A DNA stretch of 18,351 bases, taken from NCBI GenBank assembly GCA_054661495.1, contig BAAFSQ010000197.1, positions 1-18,351 on the forward strand, written 5' to 3'. Each line of letters opens with the position of its first letter. The stretch's first letter is position 1. Positions 8,731 through 18,351 of the stretch are shown piece by piece. The DNA comes from Zygophlyctis sp. KS116. Lineage: Eukaryota > Fungi > Chytridiomycota. The translations under genes and the position numbers were made by a program. The notes under the pieces are model-generated. The model ran no database searches, was not told the origin of the DNA, and saw nothing but the letters and a program-made list of their open reading frames with translations.

Positions 8731-11700
8731 ATGCACGCCGCCATCAACAATGTCGTCTACGCACTCAGAAGAAACAAGAGCTGGTCTATAGAAAATTCTT
8801 ATAGGAAGAGTTCTCAAAATCCAACAGAGTCTTTACTAACGCCAGAATTATTAGAATTTGGAATTTTGGAACCTTTTCCGCTAAAAGAACTTGATTTACT
8901 ACGAAATTTTACAATTCTAAAACATTCTCAACCGTCCGATCCTCTAAAAATTCTTTATCCTTTTTTACAAATTATAAAGTCTGGAGAAACTAGCGGATTA
9001 ATTACCTTACAGGCCATAGAAGGAATAGATAAATTATTAGAAATGGAAATAATTCATTCTTGTCTGGACAATATTAAAAAAGCTACAAATTTATTAGTGA
9101 CTTCTTTGACACGATGTAAATTTGAAGCTACAGATTCTGTTAATGATGAATTAGTACTATATAGTATACTAAAGTTACTATTAAAGATTTCTAAAAAATT
9201 ATATTCACAATTATCAGACTCTAATATTTGTGAAATGATTGAAGTTGCTCTTGGGATGTATTTTCAGTCTAGAATATCAGAATTTTTACGGTCTGGGGCA
9301 TTAGAGACTCTAGTTTGTCTTACCAGACTAGTGTTTTTAAGGCTTGGAGAGTTGGATTTGAAGGTAGTAGAGTCGTCTCAATCAGCTAATTTACCCCAAA
9401 CAGAAACAGAAACAGACACGCAGGCTCTACCACAAACAAAAACAGCTTTTTTTTCTAGCCCACAGTCACAGACACAAGCCGAAACAGAGGCTGAAGGGTC
9501 AGTACCAGGGTTCGGTTACAAGTCAGTTGTGGAGCTTTTACGAGTGATTGCATCTCTATTGGATCCAAGTAACAAGAGACATATAGACTCTGTTCATAGA
9601 AATTTAGGACTTATTTTACTATCAGTGTCTCTAGAAACAGGTGGTAAAGAATTATGTACATTTATTACTTGGGCATTATCAAAAGTTCAGGTTAAACATG
9701 AACGATTTTCTAGAAAGAAGAGTCTCATTGATTTACATATGCCATCTAATACTTCTCAAAATACAGTGTCTGTTGCTGATTCGGATCTTACGCATCAAAT
9801 GGTGGGCTTAAAGATGGAAAATGAGGGTGACATGGAAAATAATGGATCAAAGATTGAGTCTGAGGCTACTCCAAGTAATCCAGAAGAATTAGTTAAAATT
9901 GGGATTATGGCAAAGGGATTGATTGCTAATGATATTTGTAAATCCATCTTTCAGGTAAGAACTTTTGAAATTAATGACCAGTTGATTCAAGCTTATGATT
10001 TGTCTTATAATTCTCCTCCTTCTTGGCCAATTATTTCATTGATTCATCAGTCTTTAAGAGCGCTTGGATTATTATTTAAAACTCTGAGACTTCATCTTAA
10101 ATATCAGTTGGATTGGTTTTTATCATGGTGTATGAATATTGTTGATGCGGGTCTAGTTGCATGGAACATAGAAGACTGGATGTCACCGGTTGGGTCAGAT
10201 AATTCTCGAACCAATGCTGAGAAAACAATGTCACCAAAGAGAGAAGAAATTTTGATTGGAGAAATCAGAGAAATGATTCTTTCTACTATTTATTTGGTAA
10301 TCTAATTCTTGAAATTTATTATAGCTGGGATTTGATCGCAATTTTATCGTAGACTTGTACGTAAATTATGATGGTGATATGGCGATGGAAAATAATTTAT
10401 TTGAAAAATTGATCGGGTTTCTCGCTCAGGTACAACATGTCTTTTTATTGCCTAGAATTCGTTTCCTGATGCTACATATGGTGGCCCAGTCTCGACTTTA
10501 TCTCACCAAGCTTTATGTATTGACTCAATATCTCTGTTTCTCAGTCAAGTTGCACAGAGATCTAATTGTGTTTCAAGTAATTTCGCTTATAAAGATTTAC
10601 CATCTTCATCATTTCTTTTAACTAATCGGGATCGTAAGAAAGTCCTTATACAGGGTACCTTGATTTTCAATGAAAGTCCTAAAAAGGGTATTCCTTTTCT
10701 TCAAGGTATATTTTTATCACTAAGAAACTTAGAACATGGCTTCATACAGACGCCTTTGAAATCCTCTGATATTGCTGAATTTTTAGTTCAAAATCAATTT
10801 GTAGACAAAAAGTTATTGGGACTGTATCTTGCTAAGCCAGACAATCAAGAAATTCTTAAAGATTTTGTTAACCGACTAGGTTTCAAAGGCGTATATTTTA
10901 CTTTTATAATAATAATAGAAACGTATAGATGAAGCACTTCGTATATTGCTAGAGCGGTTTAGACTGCCAGGTGAAAGTCAGCAGATTGAACGAATTTTGG
11001 ATGCATTTGCTGAAAACTACTTTGCCGATATGTGTAAATTACCTATTTTCTCAATGTAGCCAAAGAAAATCCGCCAATAGAAAATGCAAGTGTCACTTGT
11101 GTGTTAGCATATTCAATTATTATGTTGCACACTGACCAGCACAATCCTCAAGTTAGAGTATTAAAATATTTTATTTAATGAATAGCGGCGCATGACATTT
11201 GAAGATTACAGTAAAAACCTACGAGGATGCAATGAGGGAAAAGATTTTGATGTAAATTTTTTGGTATTGTTTTAAATTCGTCATCTGACATAATAGCAAG
11301 AAATATATGACGCAATAAAGGGTAGAGAAATCCTCATGCCAGAAGAGCATGGTGGACAACTTATATTTAGCCATCTTTGGAAAGAGATTCAAGCGCACAG
11401 CGATGCATATAATCCTCTTAAAATTGTTCCAGAAGGCTGTAATCAGTATGACGCGGACTTATTCTTGAGTGCATGGAGACCTATTCTTGCATCCATGTTT
11501 TACGGTGAGCAAATTTAAAAAACTTAAAGTTAGTGTTTGATAACACCGAAGATCGAATAATCTTTGAAAAATCAATTCTTGGGATTAACAACTGTGCGGC
11601 AATTTCTGCTGCCTATAATCTTTCAGATGTTTTTGATTATATAATTCTATCACTGGCGCAGGTTGCGGGCTTAGTTGTTAATGAACGACTTAGGCAGTCC

Positions 11701-13655
11701 GATTCATTTGCCAATAACCCTCATTCTTTTCGATCTCCTGATGACATTCTAACAGATTTTGGTCGCAACATGAATCAACGATTTGCTTGCATTCTTATGT
11801 TTTCTTTGGTTTTCAAATATCCAGCGCTCATAAAAGAAGGTTGGAATCATGTATGTATTTTTTTTTAATTTCAAGGTTATGAAATCCTACGTTTTTCTTT
11901 TTGAAAATGATCTCTTTCCTGATAATTTGAAAATTTTGGAAGATCTTAAAAATGAACAGTTCAAGATAACCGCACTTATTGACAAAAGATTTGAAGGTTC
12001 AGCTGAAATTGACAATTACTCTCCCAGAAAAGAAGCAGGCCTTTTGTCAACTCTGACTCAGTTACTATCTTTATCTTCTGCAGAAGAAGAAAATGCTCAG
12101 ATCGAAAAAGCAAAGCATGTTTCCCTAGCCAGAGAATGTGTAGAAAAGTGTCATCTTGAAAGACTGAGTCTCATGTCAAGGTACTAAATTCTACCTTAAA
12201 TTTTAGAAACCTTGATGATAAGTCTATAATTATGCTAATGAAGTCAATAATGTACTCATCTTTTAGAGTTGAATCATCTTCTGCAACAACAACAAACGAA
12301 GTGTCTTCTACGAAAAGCCCAATAATGGAAGATGTTACTTTTTCCGCAGCTTCGCCTTTGATGCTTCATCTGATGACAACGATTATGATGGAAAATATGG
12401 ATAGATTTTTATTTTTGGCTGATACATATATTGATTATCTGAGTAAAACTTCGGAGCTATTAACTGATCAAATCATATTGGTTCGATGCTACGTAATCTC
12501 TATTTTCAGAGTTAGTGAATATTTACTAAAAAGTGTATGTTGTTTATTGTTTTATGATAGGAGCGCTATAAAGCTGAAGTAAACAGAATATTTAAACTGC
12601 TATTCAGGATAGATGTGTCAAAGTTTCCTTTCTTCATGGACCAGAAGATTTGTGGAATATCTAATATTTTGCGCCAATCGACCTCTTGGATTGAAGAAAG
12701 CTCTGAATCTTTGGAGATAGTTCTTAATATATTATCGACTGCAACTATGCTCCCGATAGTTACTGAAAGCAGTTTCGAAGTGGTGTCTTTATTGCTGGAG
12801 TCTAAAACTATCCGAAAAGAAAAATATAGTGAATTAGTCGATCTTCTGATCAGTTATCCTACTTCTGCTGCATCTTTGGCGACAAGCAGCTCACAGCGTA
12901 CATCTTCAGGATCTCCGGCTAACAGCGAAGCAAGGTACTCCACTTAAATTAAATCAAAAGACCTCAAATTTTTGGCGAAATCAGTATTAAAGCACTGGAT
13001 AAACTTTATGACTTTAGAACTTTTATAACTGAATGGGTAGAGACTGCAAGTTCCCAGGAAAGAGGTAACTTAATGAATTTAATATTTTAGCATTTTTTGA
13101 ATTCTGGCTTCCAATTTTATCTGGATTAAGCCAACAATGTTATCATCCTATTCGAGAAATTCGCCAGCATGCATTTTCTTTATTAGAAAAGGTTCTTTTA
13201 TCCAAGGAACTCGTACTCTATAATGATGGATACCCCAAAATATGGATTGCATGCTTTGAAAGTGTTATTTTCCCCTTGATTGACGAACTGATCAAGATTC
13301 GTGGAATGGAAGAAACCTGTAGCAGATCCTTTTCTCTAATGTGCCGACTATTCCTCCATATTTCTCAGACTCTAATCAATAGTAAAGAACTCCAAGGCTT
13401 TTGGACACGCTTTTTAGAGTATTTAAAAAATTATATAATTGGCTGTAACCAAGATCGTGTAAGATAATTATGAATAATATCAAGAAGGAAGCAGCCCAGG
13501 AATCTCTAAAGAATCTACTTTTAGTCCTCTCTACTCATGGAATTTTCTCTGAATCCAGCGAGAGCGAGTGTAATTTATGGGAGAGCACCTGGATTGTCCT
13601 AGACGACATTCTTCCCCTCTTTAGACAAGAAATATTTCCTCAAATAGAAGATTGA
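8731..13655 (+). CDS. GBF1: Large Sec7-domain ARF guanine-nucleotide exchange factor, GBF1/Gea1-2 family, ~1505 aa, 16 exons
   Basis: The DCB region contains PFLQIIKSGETSGLIT and CKFEATDSVNDELVL, and the HUS box is LYVNYDGD. Sec7 motif 1 is FRLPGESQQIERI and motif 2 is AYSIIMLHTDQHNPQV; EILMPEEH and a C-terminal EAAQESLKNLLLV follow. Introns at 9955-9981, 10297-10324, 10430-10455, 10706-10732, 10891-10918, 11034-11059, 11158-11185, 11264-11296, 11505-11533, 11851-11875, 12181-12206, 12535-12560, 12935-12960, 13065-13090 and 13459-13484 give a 4518-nt frame. Confidence 0.93.
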
Positions 13656-13686
13656 TTGTAATTTTTTCTTAAAACCACAAATACAA

Positions 13687-14166
<480 letters not shown>

Positions 14167-14182
14167 TTTTTTTAACGTGGCG

Positions 14183-14238
14183 AAACCCTTGAACCCTTTT
14201 ACAATTTAGATTACCCTTAGAGTTTAAAACTTAGGGTA
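14183..14238. promoter_or_regulatory. Telobox/Tbf1/Homol-E-like ACCCT and TTAGGG motifs in the RPS14 promoter
   Basis: AAACCCT and AACCCT occur at about 14183-14197. An imperfect palindrome, TACCCTTAGAGTTTAAAACTTAGGGTA, lies at 14212-14238. Confidence 0.4.
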
Positions 14239-14293
14239 TTTACAATTTCAGGTGTAGGTTGTTGGTTGTTGGTTTCTGCATCAGAAAGAAATA

Positions 14294-14326
14294 ATTCGGA
14301 CAGATTCGGACAGATTCGGACAGATT
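14294..14326 (+). repeat. Perfect 10-bp tandem repeat (ATTCGGACAG)x3.3 upstream of OPT
   Basis: Units are at 14294-14303, 14304-14313 and 14314-14323, followed by ATT. Confidence 0.9.
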
Positions 14327-14393
14327 GAATTTAGTATCTGTGCAAGAGATTACAAGGAATGATGTCAAGAGAAAATTCCCGCATGGGGAATAA

Positions 14394-16670
14394 ATGATTA
14401 TTCAAGATAAAGATTCAAAACTTGAAAATATTATTATTTCAGATGGTATGGTTCCAGTCACTGATGATCCGTTTTTACCAGATTTGACTCTAAGAGTATT
14501 AGTTATTGGAACTCTATGGACTGTTTTTTTATCAGTTTGTAATGTTATATTCTCATTTAGGACAACTTCATTTGAATTGCCGATTAAAATTGTTACTCTT
14601 TTAAGTTATCCAATGGGGATATTTGCAAGTAAATTCTTGCCAAGGAGAAAAATATGTATTTTGGGATCAATTTGGGAATTAAATAATGGGGATTTTTCTA
14701 TAAAGGAACATGTACTTGTCTATATCATTGCTTCAGGTATTATAATTTATGTAATTTTAAGGGGGAGCAGGGGTCTCTTTTGGTCTAAATAATATTGTTA
14801 CACAAAGAATGAAAATGTTTATGGGGAATTCTTCAATTACATTTTGGGAATCTTTATTATGGGTAATTTCTAGTGAATTTTTTGGTATGGGCATGGCTGG
14901 TGTCATGAGGAGATTTTTGATTAGGCCGAATTCAATGGTATGGCCGTCTTCTTTATCAGATGTGGCCTTGTTTGTTGGATTTCATGAAAAAAATATTAAA
15001 GGATTATCTACTAAACTAGATATTTTTTGGTGGGGAATGTGTCTAATGTTTTTATTCTCTTGGCTTCCAATGTATATTGCTCCTGTATTGCAATCAATTC
15101 CTTTATTGTGTTTTTTAACTTCAAATTCGAAATTACGATTTTTAGGTTCTGGATTGCCAGTTCCTGCTGGTAATGGAGGAATTGGAATTGGATCCCTAAC
15201 AGTAAGATTTGTCTCAAATTTATTTTTAGTTTGATTGGTCTCAAATCAAGAGTGATAGTATGACTTCACCATGGTGGGCTACTGTAAATGTTGTTGTAGG
15301 AAATATTATTTGGACTTGGATTGCAACACCCATATTATATTATTCAAATGCTTTTGGGATGGATTCTACTCTAAAGTCTAACGATTTACCAGTTTTAAAT
15401 ACCGGATCACTATTTAATAAGAATGGAACAAGGATTGCAGCTCTCAGTCTATATAATCAAAAAACATATGATATAAATATGAAAGCATACGAATCAAATT
15501 CCCCAATTTATATAAGTACATTTTTTGCATTGTTTTATGGGTCTAATTTTCTTGGGGTCACGGCAGCGTTCACACATGTGATCTTATGGTACGGACAAGA
15601 TATTAAACGTCAATTTAAGGATGCATTCATCCAAACCGACAATAAAATAGCTGAATCAGATATTCACAATGAACTGATGAAGAACTATCCTGATTTTTCT
15701 GATGGTCAATATTTGATTTTTCTATTCTTCTGTCTTCTAATGCAAATTGCTGTAGGATTGTAAGATTTATAATATTTAAAGAATAGAATGACAAAATTTT
15801 CAATGCCTGTATGGTCAGTATTTTTATCTTTAGCAATGTCACTGCTTTTAATTTTGCCCCTAGGTATTATTAAAGCTATTTCAGGCTATTTACCTGCAAA
15901 TAATGTTCTGATTGATTTTATAATCGGCTTTCTCATTCCTGGAAGTACAATCTCTGTAATGACATTCAAAAGTTTTTGCACCAATGCACTGATACAAGCA
16001 CTTTGGTTTTTGAATAACTTAAAATTAGGCCATTATATGAAGATAAATCCTCAACATTTGGTTTACGCATATGTATTTACTGTCATATAAATATTTAGCT
16101 CTATGGGAAATTGATAGGTGCATTTTTCAACACGATCGCTTGTTTTTTTGTTATGGAGTTTATGACTGGCATTTTAGGGACACCGGATTGGCAATTATCA
16201 AAGTATAGTGTATTCCATAATTCAGCTGCTATTTGGGTAAACTACTATTTTTAAAACTAAAGGGTGCAATCGGTCCTCAGCGCTTTTTTGCGATTGGTTC
16301 AGTTTACCAAGATTTGTTATGGTGTTTCCCGCTGGGCATTATACTTCCATTAATTCCCTGGTCCATAAATAAGGTGTTCCCATCTTCATTTTGGTGTCAT
16401 ATTAATGTACCTCTACTTTGTTCAATGGTGGGACCTGGAAGAGCTCAGAATTATTTGATTAGCTCAACAATCGTATCTTGGTATTTTCAAAATTACTTAT
16501 TTCGAAACCATAATGAATGGTGGAACAGATACAATTACATTTTGTCAGTTGCATTTGCATGTGGGGCAGCATTTTGTGGCCTTTTCATAATAATTCTGCA
16601 AGAATCAGGCCATGTATTTCCAAATTGGTACTTGAATCCAAAAAAAAGAGAATCGTATTGTGAAACTTAA
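14394..16670 (+). CDS. OPT-family oligopeptide/glutathione transporter, ~714 aa, 6 exons
   Basis: Family motifs include VPVTDDPFLPDLTLR, NNGDFSIKEHVL, MVWPSSL, FDWSQI, DIHNELMKNYPD, LKLGHYMKINP, WGAIGPQRFF and WWNRYNYILS, with many hydrophobic segments. Introns are at 14737-14761, 15202-15229, 15760-15786, 16073-16098 and 16237-16262. Confidence 0.92.
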
Positions 16671-16711
16671 ACATATCATTGAATTATTTCATCTTTTAAA
16701 CCGCAATAATA

Positions 16712-17794
16712 TCATGTAATCCTAGTTTCTGAAAAATTAAAAGCCATTCCTTTAACTCCCATTCTTCCTGTTCTTCCAACTCTATGAATGTAATCTGTAT
16801 GTTTTGGTGGTGCATCATAATTCCAGACGGATTTAATTTCAATCCCATTAAAATCCATACCTCTAGCTAATAAATCTGTAGAAATCAAGAGACTAGTTTT
16901 CTGACTTTTCCTAAAACTAGCTATTGTATCAAGTCTTTCAATAGTATTCAGAGTTCCATTAAACAAGAAAATTTCAAGATCCGTTTTTAACGACTTTAAG
17001 CCCATGAATAAAGCCACTCCAGACTCTATTGTATTTGTAAAAACCAAATGTTTTCCACCCAAATTTACCAATGTACTTGATAAAATCAAGTTTTTCTTTA
17101 GTAAAACTTGATTCTTATCATTAAAGGACTCGACCAATTGTAAATCAATCTGAATATCCTCTATATTACTTGGAATTGGCCTTAATTCACTTGTCCCATC
17201 ATAAATTTCCAAATCAGGAACCAAATCCTTTATAAATTTTAGAGACTCATCCCTGATGGTAGCTCCTACAAATATTTTTTGAATTGACATTGACTGTTTT
17301 AACAATCTTTTAGTTTGCGATTGAGAAATTAAATAATCTGCTTCATCTAATACAATTGTACTAGTATTTTTCAAGAATTTGGAGAGTGCCGATGATGATT
17401 TATGCATTCCTAGTATAGATCCGACAGTACTTAATAAAAAATGCGGATGATAAAAGTGTCTTTGAGGAATTCCGATCGGCCATGGATACATAAAACTCTT
17501 CAAGTGCAGTCCAAAACTTGCTCTAATAAGACAATTCAGAATCTGTGAATTTAAAATTGTTGAAGGAGACAAGATCAGAATCTGCGGAGAGACATTATTT
17601 TTAGGAAATTGACAGTTTTGAGTCAAGACTTTTTCAATTAATGGAATTAGAAATGCAAGTGTTTTTCCAGTCCCCGTTGGTGCTGATAAGAGAGTATGAT
17701 GATTATTCTTGATTATTTCATAAATTCTTGATTGCATTGGTGTGAGAGAGTTGATCCCCACTTTTTTTAAATTGGATAGTATAGTCTGATGCAT
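16712..17794 (-). CDS. Minimal DEAD-box RNA helicase, ~360 aa, intronless
   Basis: Motifs: Q motif LTPMQ, I APTGTGKT, II DEAD, III GAT, IV LVFTNT, V TDLLARGMD and VI YIHRVGRTGR. The first ATG is at 17794; the ORF-track extension to 17938 starts at a non-ATG codon and reads through T-rich intergenic DNA. Confidence 0.88.
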   Translation of the reverse strand: MHQTILSNLKKVGINSLTPMQSRIYEIIKNNHHTLLSAPTGTGKTLAFLIPLIEKVLTQNCQFPKNNVSPQILILSPSTILNSQILNCLIRASFGLHLKSFMYPWPIGIPQRHFYHPHFLLSTVGSILGMHKSSSALSKFLKNTSTIVLDEADYLISQSQTKRLLKQSMSIQKIFVGATIRDESLKFIKDLVPDLEIYDGTSELRPIPSNIEDIQIDLQLVESFNDKNQVLLKKNLILSSTLVNLGGKHLVFTNTIESGVALFMGLKSLKTDLEIFLFNGTLNTIERLDTIASFRKSQKTSLLISTDLLARGMDFNGIEIKSVWNYDAPPKHTDYIHRVGRTGRMGVKGMAFNFSETRIT

Positions 17795-17938
17795 TATTCC
17801 TGCAAGAATTTTCAGTGACAGTAGGGCAAAGACTGAAATTTGAGTTAAAAGAAACTTGGCAAAAAACACGCAAAATCTCTCACAAAAGTTAGCAAAAACA
17901 GTAAACCCTTTTAAAAAAACACCTACAAAAGACGTCAA

Positions 17939-18351
17939 ATGTCAAAAAGAAACATGTCAAAAAAAAGAAAAATGTCAAGTAAAGAAGAATCAAAGATATG
18001 GTTTCATCTCTATGACTCTGCTAATGGTGTTCCATACATGGGAACAACTGCTGATTATGTGACTCTTCCTCCATCTGCTGTTATTGCTCAGTTCAGAAAA
18101 GCTGTTAAAGCCGAGTATGACCAGCCGGGATATCTAAAGGATATTCCATCTGGCAAACTCTTGGTGTTTAAGAACAAGCAATCATTTGATAAGAGAGATG
18201 CTGCTGTAGAAAAGGTAATTTATTTGAATCTTATGACAGGAAGAGCCGCTCGATGAAGATTTTCCTGTGGATGGTCTTGGAAAATCAAAACGGGATGCTC
18301 TGATTGTCATTGTCAAAGGTAAAAGATAGTAAGAGTCTAATAACAGGAAGC
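17939..18351 (+). CDS. Crinkler (CRN)-like protein, N-terminal ubiquitin-like header domain (partial, continues past the window)
   Basis: The product reads IWFHLYDSANGVPYMGTTADYVTL...AQFRKAVKAEY...LKDIPSGKLLVFKNKQSFD...KEEPLDED...GLGKSKRDALIVIV, resembling chytrid/oomycete CRN headers that end in a hydrophobic strand. Introns are at 18215-18239 and 18319-18346. In-frame ATGs lie at 17939, 17954 and 17972. Confidence 0.75.

Noticed and set aside
9380-9500. QTETET/LPQT repeats in GBF1
   Set aside because: This is an ordinary low-complexity linker in a variable region of large ARF-GEFs.
8731-13655. Fragmented ORFs read as pseudogenes, programmed frameshifts or stop-codon reassignment
   Set aside because: Every break is resolved by a GT-AG micro-intron that restores conserved motifs and a full-length frame in the standard code.
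15011-18062. ORFs 15011-15244, 15627-15842 and 17856-18062, and the hydrophobic N-terminal extension of the helicase (17795-17938)
   Set aside because: These are shadow frames. The helicase extension begins at a non-ATG codon and is Phe-rich only because the strand is T-rich promoter DNA.

Overview
This is AT-rich, very gene-dense eukaryotic DNA in the standard code, most likely from an early-diverging (chytrid-like) fungus; that assignment is inferred from Pxa1, OPT, a CRN header and a plant-type LRR. The ORF track is fragmented because nearly every gene is interrupted by ultra-short GT-AG introns; I reconstructed 42 of them by hand, all 24-33 nt. Gene order: the 3' end of an LRR-family paralog (+, ends 71); a secreted LRR protein with one LRR per 72-nt exon and a Cys-rich domain after an RKR site (+, 439-1906); peroxisomal ABCD/Pxa1 (-); a ~1243-aa low-complexity protein of unknown function (-); a GBF1/Gea Sec7 ARF-GEF (+); ribosomal protein uS11/S14 (-); an OPT transporter (+); an intronless minimal DEAD-box helicase (-); and the start of a Crinkler-like gene (+, runs off the end). 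The most novel-looking element is the tandem LRR locus. Its LRRs are exon-modular, its paralogous C-termini are strongly diverged, and each gene is followed by a ~96%-identical 137-bp block carrying a 19-codon ORF. That block is preceded by an 11-mer (TTCGGACAGAT) that also recurs upstream of other genes.
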